64,000 nt of DNA from a virus (IMGVR_UViG_3300032893_000015:36611-100610), one strand, 5' to 3'; shown: positions 1-9,515, counted from the stretch's first letter. A program made the numbers and translations. Notes: a model not told the origin generated them from the letters alone.

Positions 1-1025
1 ATGGCGTTGCTCGCGCGCCAGGCCGTCTCTCCGCCCGGTAGGTTGATGACGTCCTCCCCGGCGAACGCCTCGACCACTGCCTTCTGCTGCGCCTTGGTCA
101 AGTCCTTGGTGGCGGTCTGCAACTGGCGCTTGCTGTACTCCTGTTCGTTGGCCTTGCGAATCTGCTCGACGATGCGATTGCGTCCCGCCGGCCCGAGCAC
201 ACCCCTGACAACGTCCTGCAGCGCGCTGACGCTCGCCGCCGTGTCGAGGCGGTAGGTGCGGTCGCTGAACTCGATGTTGTCGGCCAGCTTCCCGCCCAGG
301 TGCACTTGCCTGAGCACGTTTTCGGTCGTCGCCCCGTTCAGGCATGCGACCCGCAGAAGAAACGCGCGGAACCCGTGCACACCGTTGCCGTAGTCGCTGT
401 TGCTCCATTCCCCCCCGACCACGACGAACTCACCCGCGGTGGGCTCGAGAATTTCGGGGTGGATGATCTTCAGGGCGGTCCGCGTCTCGGTGGCGCTCCC
501 GCCGATGGGCAGGGCCCCTACCGCTTGGGCCTCGCGCACCAGCGCGTCCACGAGCGGTCGGCTGTCGAGGCGGCGATATTTGTCGCTGAGCCACCCTCGC
601 ATCTGCCCGCCCACGCTCCTGACCAGCACCCGCTCTTCCTCGACATGCCCGTAGTGCTCGTTGAGCACGTGCGCCGCCAGCTCCTGGCGCCATTCGCTGC
701 CCTCGGCGAGCTCCTTCAGGTACCGGCTCGGCACGTTCGCCTTCGCCGCCAACTGCCCCAGGGCGTAGTCGCTGGGCACATAGGCATCCTCCCCGATGAC
801 GACCGCCACGCCCTTGTGCTGCCCGGCCGGCACCTCGAAGTGCACCGCCCGAGTACGCACGATCTGGTCCTTGGGTTGGTCGCGCTGGATGCGCTCGATG
901 ACCATCCCTGCCTCGCGCGCTCCCCGGTCCACTGCCTTCTGGAGCACCGCGCGGTACTTGTCCGCGTCTCGGCCGGTCGCCTGCTGAAACGTCTCGAACG
1001 GATTCATGCTCGCTGCTGATGTCAT
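1..1025 (-). CDS. DUF932-like phage/plasmid protein (runs off the window at its 3' end)
   Basis: Manually translated frame from ATG at 1025 (MTSAASMNPFETFQQ...), open to position 1 and absent from the ORF track because it has no stop. Contains SDKYRRLD, SNSDYGNG and RVACLNG motifs typical of DUF932-type proteins. AAGGGAG RBS. Confidence 0.6.
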   Translation of the reverse strand, partial: MTSAASMNPFETFQQATGRDADKYRAVLQKAVDRGAREAGMVIERIQRDQPKDQIVRTRAVHFEVPAGQHKGVAVVIGEDAYVPSDYALGQLAAKANVPSRYLKELAEGSEWRQELAAHVLNEHYGHVEEERVLVRSVGGQMRGWLSDKYRRLDSRPLVDALVREAQAVGALPIGGSATETRTALKIIHPEILEPTAGEFVVVGGEWSNSDYGNGVHGFRAFLLRVACLNGATTENVLRQVHLGGKLADNIEFSDRTYRLDTAASVSALQDVVRGVLGPAGRNRIVEQIRKANEQEYSKRQLQTATKDLTKAQQKAVVEAFAGEDVINLPGGETAWRASNA

Positions 1026-1106
1026 GGTCGTTTCTCCCTTGCCCTTGGTCTCTTCAGCACCCGCCCTACGGGTGGACCCGACATGGTGTCGGGTTTCGAC
1101 CTTTGC

Positions 1107-1322
1107 TCACCGCTCCACTTGCGCGACGTTCGCCTGCAGCTCCGGGCTCCACCACACCCGACAACGCGATCCGTCGATCGTTACGTACCCAATGGGGTAC
1201 TCGTCGCCTCTTGGCGTAACCACCTTCGTTTCCCAGTCATCATTTCTGATGCTCCAATGCACCGCGATGTCCCCTTTCGCCACGAACGCGTAACCGCTCT
1301 CCAACTTTTGCTCGGTCTTCAT
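1107..1322 (-). CDS. hypothetical protein
   Basis: MKTEQKLESG...; its start overlaps the upstream stop (ATGA coupling). Confidence 0.55.
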   Translation of the reverse strand: MKTEQKLESGYAFVAKGDIAVHWSIRNDDWETKVVTPRGDEYPIGYVTIDGSRCRVWWSPELQANVAQVER

Positions 1323-1564
1323 CGCCGGAACCCCCTGATCCCGAACCGGTACCCGATGGGCTCCGCTCCCGCGAGCGTGTCGGTGCGGTCCCGGTCCCTC
1401 CAGCTGTCCAGGCTCACGTCCACCGTGTACTCCACCAGCCCCGGGAACCCCGCGGGGATGCCCTGCGCGTCGCAAGCGCGCATAAACCGCCACGCCTCGT
1501 CGCGCGTCTTGAATGCGTAGGTCGCCGTGTCCGCCCGCTTCGTCGTCGCCGTCGCCCGTTTCAT
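1319..1564 (-). CDS. hypothetical protein
   Basis: MKRATATTK...; ATGA-coupled to neighbours. Confidence 0.55.
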   Translation of the reverse strand: MKRATATTKRADTATYAFKTRDEAWRFMRACDAQGIPAGFPGLVEYTVDVSLDSWRDRDRTDTLAGAEPIGYRFGIRGFRR

Positions 1565-1764
1565 CGCTCTTCTCCCGCGTCGATGATGTTCTGCGCGTCT
1601 TCGCGCAGGTCCCGCCAGACCTCCTCCGTGGTCATGTCGATCTGCTTGGCCAACCGCCTGACGCTCCGGCCGAACCGGTCTGCAGCTTGTGGGCTGATGA
1701 ACCCCGCCACCATCCAATCGGCCAACCCCTGCGCCAGTTTCTCTCGCTCTTGTCCTGCGTCCAT
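1561..1764 (-). CDS. hypothetical protein
   Basis: MDAGQEREK...; first gene after the promoter at ~1797-1860. Confidence 0.55.
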   Translation of the reverse strand: MDAGQEREKLAQGLADWMVAGFISPQAADRFGRSVRRLAKQIDMTTEEVWRDLREDAQNIIDAGEER

Positions 1765-1796
1765 CGTCCCCTTGCCTCCCGTCGTGCTCACAACAG

Positions 1797-1860
1797 ACAT
1801 AATAATCCTTTTGCTTAGGTTGGCAAGGGGAAAAGTTTTGGACGTCGTTTTTTTTTCTCC
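1797..1860 (-). promoter_or_regulatory. sigma70-like early promoter, copy 1
   Basis: Minus strand: A-tract, then TTGCCA-ACCTAAGCAAAAGGAT-TATTAT. A near-identical motif occurs at ~4215 and ~25070. Confidence 0.65.
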
Positions 1861-1870
1861 CCCCGGTGGG

Positions 1871-2962
1871 TCACTCTCCTTCCGCCGCTTTGTGCACGTG
1901 GGGTTCCTGGGTATCCGCGTAGACGTACAGCGTCTGCTCCGATTCGTCGCCGTACCGCAGCGTGACCTCTACGCACGTCCGGAACCCTTTCCGGCAGTTG
2001 CTCTCGCTGCACGTGTCGGCGCGCACGATGCGCGTCGCGACTCCATACCAAATGATGCCCCACTCGCCGCCCTTCTGAACGTGCTCCAACTCCATCGTCA
2101 TCCTTTGGTCCAGGGCTAGCTTCACCCGATCGTGCACTCCGTACGCATGCGTGTTCGGACGAGTATGTTCCTCTACGTCGTACGCATCCATCGGCTGGTA
2201 CCCAATCCTTATTAGGTTCTCCACGACGGCCTTCTGATTGGTGTCCTTCGCCACCTGATTGACGTTCCTCCCGTCCCGGGCCGCCCGCTCGTAGTCGGGC
2301 ACGAACCGAATGACGTACTCCCGGCACCGTTGTGCAAACAGCACCTGCTTGGCAGCAAGTATCTCCGCCCGCTCCTTCACGTACCTCTCCCACTCCGCGT
2401 ATCGCTGCTCGTAGGTGGCAATCGCCAGAGCGAGCGGTCCCGCGCGCACCCCCGCCATTCGCGCCACGATCCGTTCGTCCTCGCGTAGCGACTCGCCGAG
2501 ATAAATACCCTTTGGTCCGTTCGACGTCATCACCGGACGCCCATGTGAGTGTCCCGAGCGTTCGTGTGTGATGTCGCCATTCTTGTCCGTGAAGTAGGGC
2601 CGCTCCCCGCTGTCCGTGATCCAGTCAGTCACCGGCTTTTCGAGCGCCATCCTGATGATCTTTTCCCCCTCCTCACGACGCTTCTTCTCCGCCGCCTGGC
2701 GCTTCTCAGCCATGGCTTCGATCGCCTGGAGCACAGCCTCTACGCTCGGTGCGCTCACCTCCACCTCGACGAGGTGACCGCTCTCCGTGCGGCACCCTAC
2801 CGTGTGGCTATTGGGGAACGCTTCCAACGTCTCCTTCGCCGCCTTGCTGAGAAGCTTTACGTGCTCGTCGTACAGCACGATTTCGTCCCGCCCGTACTTC
2901 GACTTCCCTGCCTCGAGTGCAGCCTTGAGCCTGATGTTCACCGCAACGGTAACCTGCTTCAT
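1871..2962 (-). CDS. hypothetical protein (363 aa)
   Basis: Long ORF with GGAGGAG RBS; no recognisable motif. Confidence 0.7.
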   Translation of the reverse strand: MKQVTVAVNIRLKAALEAGKSKYGRDEIVLYDEHVKLLSKAAKETLEAFPNSHTVGCRTESGHLVEVEVSAPSVEAVLQAIEAMAEKRQAAEKKRREEGEKIIRMALEKPVTDWITDSGERPYFTDKNGDITHERSGHSHGRPVMTSNGPKGIYLGESLREDERIVARMAGVRAGPLALAIATYEQRYAEWERYVKERAEILAAKQVLFAQRCREYVIRFVPDYERAARDGRNVNQVAKDTNQKAVVENLIRIGYQPMDAYDVEEHTRPNTHAYGVHDRVKLALDQRMTMELEHVQKGGEWGIIWYGVATRIVRADTCSESNCRKGFRTCVEVTLRYGDESEQTLYVYADTQEPHVHKAAEGE

Positions 2963-3044
2963 ATGCGTACTCCTCCGCGCGAGCTCCGTGCCCGCGCGCT
3001 GCCCCCGAAGGCTGATCCCTCTGAGGCAACACGCGACCGCGGAA

Positions 3045-3443
3045 CTACTTGGAGCGCAGCGTCAGATTGCAAGCCGTCGCGACGCCATTGATCGCGACGA
3101 GGTACCCGAGCGCCACGAACGACAGCCACGCGATGTGGCTCGCGACCATCGTCCCCTCGAGCAGCACGACGAAGCCCGCCGCCTTCGCCCCATTCGAGAA
3201 GGCCAGCCTCCCCCACGTGAACACCGTCCGCGCGCTGTAGAGCAGCCCGCCGCCAACGAGGTACGTGGGCAGCTGCGCCCAGAGCGCCTCGGTTGCGTGG
3301 ATCTCGTAGTGGGCCACGACGAAGGAAGCGAGTGGCACGATCCCACCGAGGCAGAAGCCGAGAGCCGTGGCGAGGCGGTTGTGAGACTTGAGGGCCGTGC
3401 GCACTTGCGCGACAACGCCGGGGGTCTGCGTGGGGCGCCTCAC
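3045..3443 (-). CDS. hypothetical membrane protein (~4 TM segments)
   Basis: Hydrophobic segments; GTG start overlaps the upstream stop. Confidence 0.55.
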   Translation of the reverse strand: MRRPTQTPGVVAQVRTALKSHNRLATALGFCLGGIVPLASFVVAHYEIHATEALWAQLPTYLVGGGLLYSARTVFTWGRLAFSNGAKAAGFVVLLEGTMVASHIAWLSFVALGYLVAINGVATACNLTLRSK

Positions 3444-3697
3444 GGCCGGTCCCCCTCCCTGACCACAAACAGGCGTGTCATGTCGTTGAGATCGGGCCGA
3501 TAGTACGAAGGGGAATTGGGAGGGTAGCAATCCCACTGCACGGATACCGCACCTTGGCGGGTTACGTATTTGACAGTTCCAAGGGACGCCGCTTGCTGCC
3601 CCGGCCCACCGTTTCCGTACATCCATGCCACACGATCGCCAGCCTTGAGCGCCGTTCGTACTTGGTCGACCACCCCCGGCTCGATGCGCCGGTTCAC
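3440..3697 (-). CDS. hypothetical protein
   Basis: GTGA-coupled ORF VNRRIEPGVVDQVRTALK... Confidence 0.5.
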   Translation of the reverse strand: MNRRIEPGVVDQVRTALKAGDRVAWMYGNGGPGQQAASLGTVKYVTRQGAVSVQWDCYPPNSPSYYRPDLNDMTRLFVVREGDRP

Positions 3698-3879
3698 GAG
3701 TCCACCGCCGCGTTGTAGCGCCAGACGTATCCACCCTTCCTGATGAGGGGCTCTGCTATCTCTCGCTGTTCGTTCCAACGGTGGCCACACTCACACCGCT
3801 TCGCCAGTCTGTCGACTCTGACCAGCAGCAGCTCAACGTGTAGTGAGCCGCACTCGGGACATCCCTCGGGGCCCATCAC
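3694..3879 (-). CDS. small Zn-ribbon protein
   Basis: CPECGS...CECGHRW; paralog of 24078..24482. Confidence 0.55.
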   Translation of the reverse strand: MMGPEGCPECGSLHVELLLVRVDRLAKRCECGHRWNEQREIAEPLIRKGGYVWRYNAAVDS

Positions 3880-4148
3880 CGCCCCCCACTATCGACCGTG
3901 CCCAACACGAGGATTCGCCTCCCGTGCGTTCCCTTTCGCTCGCTGACGGCGACGCCCGCCCGCTTCAGCCGGCTGAGCAGGTTCGTGCGGCTGCGTGCGT
4001 AGTGCACGCCGTACTTTTTCGCCTTCCCTCGTAGGGTTGAGCCGCTGAGGCTCTCCAGCCCGAGCACTACCCCCCGCTGGTAGCTCCCCCGCGTGCACGC
4101 CAGAGCCGTCTCCAAAACCGCCCCATCCACGTCTGCCCACTTGCCCAT
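3876..4148 (-). CDS. hypothetical basic protein
   Basis: MGKWADVDG...; GAGGGTGAG RBS; lies downstream of promoter copy 2. Confidence 0.55.
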   Translation of the reverse strand: MGKWADVDGAVLETALACTRGSYQRGVVLGLESLSGSTLRGKAKKYGVHYARSRTNLLSRLKRAGVAVSERKGTHGRRILVLGTVDSGGR

Positions 4149-4213
4149 CGTCTCACCCTCGCTCCCCGGGCTCATTGCCCGTCTCGTCGAAGCTCCATCG
4201 CTTCAACAAGGGA

Positions 4214-4276
4214 GAGTATGAATCTCTTTGCGTAGGTTGGCAAGAGGAAAAGTTCTGGGGGTCTTACTTTTTCTCC
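4214..4276 (-). promoter_or_regulatory. sigma70-like early promoter, copy 2
   Basis: Minus strand TTGCCA-17 nt (ACCTACGCAAAGAGATT)-CATACT, with an upstream GAGAAAAA tract. Confidence 0.65.
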
Positions 4277-4860
4277 CTCGGTCGCCGTTTCCCGCAATCT
4301 GCGCATCGCAGGACCTTCTTTTCCAGCACCCAGCTCCGGCTCCCGCACCCGGGGCACTGTACCTGCCACCAAGAGCCCTCCCTCGGGGGCCTTGGCTGCC
4401 TCCTGGGGGCCTTGGCTGCCTCCTGGTCTGCCCTGGTCCAGTGCTTTGGGTGCTTGTCCTGGTGTCGCTCGGTGAGCTCCCGTACGAGCGGCGTGAGCTC
4501 CTGCAGCGCCCTCTCGTACCCCCTGTTGGAGTACTGTCGGTCGTCGACGAGCGTCCCCTCGTAGTAGGCGTCGACCAGAATCGCGATGCACGCGAGCACA
4601 TGACCAAGGTGGTGCACCTTGCTGTCGCTCGCTCTGTCCTCGCCTTCGTACCAGAGCGCCAGGTGTCGCATGGCCGCTTCGACGTATATGGTCGCGAGCA
4701 CCGGTGTCGCTCGCCAATTGGTCCGCCCGTACTTCTCCTTCCCATCGAACAGCGCGAGGCTCCCGACCAACGTTGCCACCGCGGGCCAAAGCGCGAGGGG
4801 TGCTTTCGTCTGCCCGATAACGTCCTTCGGATTACGTCTGTCGACGTTGCGTCGCTTCAC
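4264..4860 (-). CDS. dATP/dGTP diphosphohydrolase domain protein (DUF5664-like) with C-terminal Zn ribbon
   Basis: NPKDxIGxxKAPL, GKEKYGRTNWR, AAMRHL, GEDRASDSKVHHLGH, LVDDR motifs; CPGC...CADC at the C-terminus. GTG start at 4860 inferred from coupling. Confidence 0.8.
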   Translation of the reverse strand: MKRRNVDRRNPKDVIGQTKAPLALWPAVATLVGSLALFDGKEKYGRTNWRATPVLATIYVEAAMRHLALWYEGEDRASDSKVHHLGHVLACIAILVDAYYEGTLVDDRQYSNRGYERALQELTPLVRELTERHQDKHPKHWTRADQEAAKAPRRQPRPPREGSWWQVQCPGCGSRSWVLEKKVLRCADCGKRRPREKK

Positions 4861-5129
4861 GTCCCCCTCGGTGGCATCGGATCGTTGAGCGTGTCTCGGT
4901 GCAGGTGCAGCCGCGCGAACGTCGAGATCCACGTCCGGAACTGCCCGCTCATGCACATGCGCTTGAAGGCTTTGGGCACCGTTGTGCACCCGGGATGCGT
5001 GCACTCCCCGCCCACCTCCGCCTCTTCCGGGATGTGCGTGATGGGGTCGATCTCCCGCTCGTAGTAGTACCCCTTGACGTGCGGGGCCCATGACGGTGAC
5101 CACTCGTGTCTCGTCCCCATCCGACTCAA
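4857..5129 (-). CDS. hypothetical protein
   Basis: Coupled ORF with Cys/His residues. Confidence 0.5.
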   Translation of the reverse strand: MSRMGTRHEWSPSWAPHVKGYYYEREIDPITHIPEEAEVGGECTHPGCTTVPKAFKRMCMSGQFRTWISTFARLHLHRDTLNDPMPPRGT

Positions 5130-5374
5130 CTCTCTTCCCTTGTGAGCACCATCACCTTCTTACCTAGCTTCCTCGCCCACGCATCCATCGCCTCGGCACA
5201 ACGTAGCGCCTCCGCCAACTTCTCCGGGTCCTCTCCCGCTTTCCTTCGAATCTCCACCCACAACCGTACGAGGGCCCCCGCGTGTGGATCTCTGCCCAAG
5301 AGCACGAACATCGGTTCGTCTGGCTCTGCCCTCGTATAACAGTCGTACGCGCCCGGGTTGTTCTTCGTTGCCAT
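5126..5374 (-). CDS. conserved phage hypothetical protein
   Basis: TKNNPGAYDCYxxAEPDEPMFVLLGRDP motif, a recurrent phage family. Confidence 0.7.
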   Translation of the reverse strand: MATKNNPGAYDCYTRAEPDEPMFVLLGRDPHAGALVRLWVEIRRKAGEDPEKLAEALRCAEAMDAWARKLGKKVMVLTREES

Positions 5375-5377
5375 TGG

Positions 5378-6070
5378 TCAGCTCCTCTCGAACAACTCCA
5401 TCGTCCGTGGAAAGCACCCTTTGAGAATCTGGTGCAACGCTGTCGCGTATTCCCGGATCTCCTGCTGCGCGGTGGGGGCTTCTCGAAGCGTCAGGAACGC
5501 CATCCAATTGCGCAGGTTCGCGCTCGCCCGCATCCGGCTGTAGCGCCCAACCGGCAGGACAAGACGCGCGAGCTCCTTGGGCACGCCCATCCTCAATGCT
5601 TCTCGGTAGTTCCCCTCCGCGAACTCGTAGAACCCCCGTAGGTGATCGCGGTAATTGATGGCTCCGTCCTCGGTGAGTGTTTCCGCACCGTCGACAGTTC
5701 CCGCCTGCTTGTTCTGCTGTCTGCTGTTTGCCACGAGTCGATCAACCGTTGGCACGTACGCGAAGTCCGGTAGCGGAGCGTACCTGGCGCTCATCTCACT
5801 AAACGACTGCGTTCTGTGCCGATGCCATTCACGGAACACGAAGATCGGCGCCTGCACTTCGAAGATCGCTCCCGCGAACTCGAACGGTGTCGCGTGGTGA
5901 TTGGTCCAGAGATACTTCAGCAGCTTTTCGTCACCGCTCTGCATCTCATCGCCCCACCCCTGGAAGCCCTTCTGCGTGCTCTGTCGCGCGGCTTCGATGA
6001 TCTTCTCGTCGCTCCCCCAGTGCTCCACGAGTCCGATGTACCCGTGGTCGAGAACCTTGTTGTAGATCAC
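5378..6070 (-). CDS. thyX: flavin-dependent thymidylate synthase
   Basis: HATPFEF and APIFVFREWHRHRTQSFSEMSARY (RHRx7S motif), KELARLVLP, NLRNWMAFLTLR, AQQEIR. Start may be 6070 or 6169. Confidence 0.95.
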   Translation of the reverse strand: MIYNKVLDHGYIGLVEHWGSDEKIIEAARQSTQKGFQGWGDEMQSGDEKLLKYLWTNHHATPFEFAGAIFEVQAPIFVFREWHRHRTQSFSEMSARYAPLPDFAYVPTVDRLVANSRQQNKQAGTVDGAETLTEDGAINYRDHLRGFYEFAEGNYREALRMGVPKELARLVLPVGRYSRMRASANLRNWMAFLTLREAPTAQQEIREYATALHQILKGCFPRTMELFERS

Positions 6071-6441
6071 GCTCGTCTCCCTCGCTTCCGGCTCTCCGTG
6101 AGCCACCCGAGCCACTGCACTTGAATCGTCGTACCCCCACCCTTTCCTCGTAGCGTGTTCACCTTCCACTTCTTACGCCGCAGCCTCAGCGTCTCGATGA
6201 CGATGTTCGCCCACGGTGGCAGGGCCGCTCCCCTCGGCAACTCCAGATTCAGCTTCCCCGTCTGGTGGAAGTGTTTCTTGTAGCTGCGCACGAACTCCGC
6301 CGTCCCTCGGATGGCCGCATTGTGCACGGTCACCATGTTGTCCACTTCCTTGCGCACCTCTCGCGTCCCCGGTGAGATGTCGTTGACGACGCTCTCCCCG
6401 ATAACGCTCCCGATGACCCGACTAAGACGCCGCAGGCCCAT
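6067..6441 (-). CDS. hypothetical protein
   Basis: ORF within the operon. Confidence 0.5.
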   Translation of the reverse strand: MGLRRLSRVIGSVIGESVVNDISPGTREVRKEVDNMVTVHNAAIRGTAEFVRSYKKHFHQTGKLNLELPRGAALPPWANIVIETLRLRRKKWKVNTLRGKGGGTTIQVQWLGWLTESRKRGRRA

Positions 6442-6892
6442 CCGGGTAATTCTGCTGCTTTAGCAATTCGAGGCTAAGTCTCGTGCGCTCCTCTTCGAGC
6501 GCCTTGGCTAACTTCTGCATCTCGACCAGGTCCGCATTCGCCTTGGCGGTTGCCGCCTTGCTCGCCTCCAGCTGCCGCTTCAGGGCCGCGTTCTCCATGC
6601 TCGTAACTTGGTGCTTTCTTCGCTCCTCCTGCAGCTGCCGTTGCACCGCCGCCGTCTGCTCGCTGAGCTCACTGAGCGACCCTCCGTACCCATCGATGAG
6701 ACACGTGACGGCGTTGTGGAAGAGTACCGGGGTAACCCTACGTCCCCCCGGTTGGGGGTTTGTCATCGCTTGCTGCGGTGGGATCGATTGCGATGGTGCT
6801 GCTTGCTCCGGCTCCGCTTGCCCCGCTTCCCTCGCCGCTGCCAGCTCCCGTCTCCTCGCCTCGAACACCTCGTCCACCGTCTGATCCACCAT
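6422..6892 (-). CDS. hypothetical coiled-coil protein
   Basis: Heptad-rich C-terminus; GGAGG RBS. Confidence 0.6.
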   Translation of the reverse strand: MVDQTVDEVFEARRRELAAAREAGQAEPEQAAPSQSIPPQQAMTNPQPGGRRVTPVLFHNAVTCLIDGYGGSLSELSEQTAAVQRQLQEERRKHQVTSMENAALKRQLEASKAATAKANADLVEMQKLAKALEEERTRLSLELLKQQNYPDGPAAS

Positions 6893-7298
6893 GTTTTTTC
6901 GCCTCCTCCTGCAGTCCCATGAGTGCCTGCATTTGCGTATGCAGAATCTGGGTAATGATCGCCAGGTACATCCCCCTCGCGACTCCGCTTGCCGCTGCCA
7001 GTCTCGCGCTCACCTCCATGACGTTCGTGACCATGAGCTGCAAGTTTGCGAACGTCTGCACCTCCTTGTCCGTCAACGGCACGAACGTCTCCGAGTCCTT
7101 GACGATAAAGGCGTCTCCCGTGTCGAACTCGACGATGGGTACGCGTACCGGCCTGCCGTTGATCTTCGACACATAGTGGTCTGCTTCGTCCCCTGCGTAA
7201 AAGCGCACGGCCATGCCTATGGTGCCGGTCTCCACGTGCATCAGCCACCACCGCTCTTGCGCCGCCTCGCTAGGACTGTTCGCCTTGCCCTTGGTCAT
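6738..7298 (-). CDS. hypothetical protein
   Basis: MTKGKANS... with GGAGG RBS; low-complexity tail overlaps the next gene. Confidence 0.55.
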   Translation of the reverse strand: MTKGKANSPSEAAQERWWLMHVETGTIGMAVRFYAGDEADHYVSKINGRPVRVPIVEFDTGDAFIVKDSETFVPLTDKEVQTFANLQLMVTNVMEVSARLAAASGVARGMYLAIITQILHTQMQALMGLQEEAKKHGGSDGGRGVRGEETGAGSGEGSGASGAGASSTIAIDPTAASDDKPPTGGT

Positions 7299-7675
7299 GT
7301 TTCCTCCGTCGCGAGCTCGTCTAATGCCGCTCCCCTTCCGACGATCTCCTCCGCGTCGCCTAGGAGTACGTTCGGCCCGTTGCGCCACCCCGGGTCCATC
7401 TCGTCTGCGATATCCTCGGGAGTGGGGGTTCTCCTGGCCGGATGCTCGACGCCTCCGCGCTCACTCGCCTCGTACCCCCTGACCCACCCGCTCTTGTACG
7501 CCTCGTTGGCCAGATGAATGGCGAACGCGATCCAATCTCCCCGTGTCGCCTTTGGGCACTCGTTGGCGAACAGGAACGCGTGATCGACCAGTCGTCTCGG
7601 CGGCTCCGGCCCCTCGTAGTACCGGCGCAGGTGCCGTTCGAGTCTCTGCCTCCACCACCGCCCTAGCCTTGTCAC
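7295..7675 (-). CDS. hypothetical protein
   Basis: GTGA-coupled to the glycosyltransferase. Confidence 0.5.
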   Translation of the reverse strand: MTRLGRWWRQRLERHLRRYYEGPEPPRRLVDHAFLFANECPKATRGDWIAFAIHLANEAYKSGWVRGYEASERGGVEHPARRTPTPEDIADEMDPGWRNGPNVLLGDAEEIVGRGAALDELATEET

Positions 7676-8664
7676 GACCAGAGTCTCTCGTACTCCGGCC
7701 CCACTTTCTGGGGGTCGTGTTCGGCGAGCACCATCTTTCCCGCCCGCTGCATCTGCCTCCTTGGGGTCAGCTGCACCGCCTCCACCAACTCCTCCGTGTT
7801 CGCCACCGCCAACGCCGTCTCCCCGTGCCTGACGACTCCTTCCCCCGTGACGAGCCACTTCCTGTTGACGACGAGTATGGCCCCCGCATCCCACGCCTCC
7901 AGAAACGTGTACTGCGTCCCGTCCCCATCCCCCGCAATAGCACTCAGGTCCACGCAGTACCTGGCCGTCTCCGCAATCCGCACGGCTGCGTCGAGCTCCG
8001 CCGGATACGTCCCCCGGTACTGTTCCCTCCACCGTGGATACGAGTGGTCAAGTTTGTGATGCGCATACATCCCGTTTTCCGCCCCGTAGATGATGATGCG
8101 CTTCTCTTTGGGGAGTCTTTCGTTCGCCCGTGCGATCTCGGTGGTGTGCTTGTCCCAGTCCACCCGTGAGATCGCCACCGCATTCACTACTCGAGGCATC
8201 CCCACTGTCGCCTGCTGCACATACGGATGCCTGATGAACACCGGCCGAATGCCTTCCGCCTCCAGGTGCCTTCGGTTCGACTCCCTGACGATAACCGTCT
8301 GGTGACGAGAATCGGTCCTGAGCGCCTCGAACATCTTCGGCGAAAGCTCCGTTGGATCGTGGATGACGACGTGTGCCCCCTCTGCGATGAGCTCCTCGGC
8401 TACCCCCACGTTCTTCGGGCCCACCGCCGTGATGATGCTTCGGGTGCCCCCGGCGATGATCTTCGCCTCGAGCCGATCCACGTTCCGATACGTCAACCCT
8501 CGTCCGTAATCCCGCTGTCGTGTGGGTGGCTCGCTTCGCTGCCCCACCTTGTACAGCGCCACTTCGTACCCCATCGTCCGCATGGTCAGGGCCAGGTGCG
8601 CCGTGAACGTCACCCATCCTCCAAAGCGCGGCTCCGCCAAATAAAAAAGCGCCAACGTCTTCAC
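7672..8664 (-). CDS. GT-B fold glycosyltransferase (putative DNA glycosylation)
   Basis: N-terminal FGGWVTF, AISRVDWDKH, and GDGTQYTFLEAWDAGAILVV (GT-B nucleotide-sugar-binding motif). Adjacent to the TET/JBP gene. Confidence 0.75.
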   Translation of the reverse strand: MKTLALFYLAEPRFGGWVTFTAHLALTMRTMGYEVALYKVGQRSEPPTRQRDYGRGLTYRNVDRLEAKIIAGGTRSIITAVGPKNVGVAEELIAEGAHVVIHDPTELSPKMFEALRTDSRHQTVIVRESNRRHLEAEGIRPVFIRHPYVQQATVGMPRVVNAVAISRVDWDKHTTEIARANERLPKEKRIIIYGAENGMYAHHKLDHSYPRWREQYRGTYPAELDAAVRIAETARYCVDLSAIAGDGDGTQYTFLEAWDAGAILVVNRKWLVTGEGVVRHGETALAVANTEELVEAVQLTPRRQMQRAGKMVLAEHDPQKVGPEYERLWS

Positions 8665-9515
8665 AACCGTTGTTTCCCTCTGAGCTCGTCCAGCTGGTCA
8701 TGCCGGCAGTGGCTCATCTTCTCCCGGAAGTAGTAGACGACCGATATCCGCTCGAACCCCGGTTGCGTCTCATACGGATCGGTGACGCCGTGCCACTCGT
8801 GTGGGTTGAAGAAGATGAGGTCCCCGTCCTGCATGTCCGCCGCCACGCGGTACTCCGGGAACGTCAGCCACCCTCCTCGGTACTGCCCTTTGCGGCTGAC
8901 GCTCAGGCACCCAAACCCCTGCTTGTAGTCGCCTGCATCCTTGTGGATGCGCCCGTACACATTCCTGTTCACCGTCAACGTGCTGTAGGGCGTCCCCTGG
9001 ATGACGTACTCCTGGGGCGCCTGCTTCGCGACGTACGCTTGCCTGGTGTACCGCTCCGGCAACTCCGCTTGGAACTCCTGGGCGACGTACTGCGCCAGCG
9101 GCACGATGCGATTCCACGCCTCCACTTCCCTCGCCGTGAACATCGTCGCTCGGCAAAACGGGAAGCGACCCCCCTGCTTGTCGAAGTACCCGATGACCAC
9201 ACTGGCCACCGGCTGCGTACGGGTACTTTTCGCCCGCACCCCATCCGGCCCCACTTTCGCCACCCGCGGTTGCCCTGCGTACTTCCCTCGGTTCGTGCTG
9301 CCGTACGCCTCCGCTGCATGTGCCAGGGTCGCTCGCGTCGACTCCACCAACTCCTCGGGTATCGCTCTTCTCCTGTACAGGATGAGCAGCTCTCCGTCCG
9401 GCTTGAAGACGTCACAGTCCCGATTGACCAGCAGCGCCACGTCGTCCTCGGTGACGGGCCCTCCCTCGCGCTTCTCGATTCCGCTCGCTCTACTGCGCAG
9501 GTGCACGCGAAACAC
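8661..9515 (-). CDS. TET/JBP-family 2OG-Fe(II) dioxygenase (5-methylpyrimidine oxidase)
   Basis: GTPYSTLTVNRN...HKDAGD (HxD), GGWLTFPEY, GDLIFFNPHEWHG (distal His), ERISVVYYFREKM (Rx5a). Confidence 0.88.
   Translation of the reverse strand: MFRVHLRSRASGIEKREGGPVTEDDVALLVNRDCDVFKPDGELLILYRRRAIPEELVESTRATLAHAAEAYGSTNRGKYAGQPRVAKVGPDGVRAKSTRTQPVASVVIGYFDKQGGRFPFCRATMFTAREVEAWNRIVPLAQYVAQEFQAELPERYTRQAYVAKQAPQEYVIQGTPYSTLTVNRNVYGRIHKDAGDYKQGFGCLSVSRKGQYRGGWLTFPEYRVAADMQDGDLIFFNPHEWHGVTDPYETQPGFERISVVYYFREKMSHCRHDQLDELRGKQRL

Noticed and set aside
4264-9515. Z-genome (2-aminoadenine) pathway
   Set aside because: No PurZ-like adenylosuccinate synthetase homologue is seen in the window.
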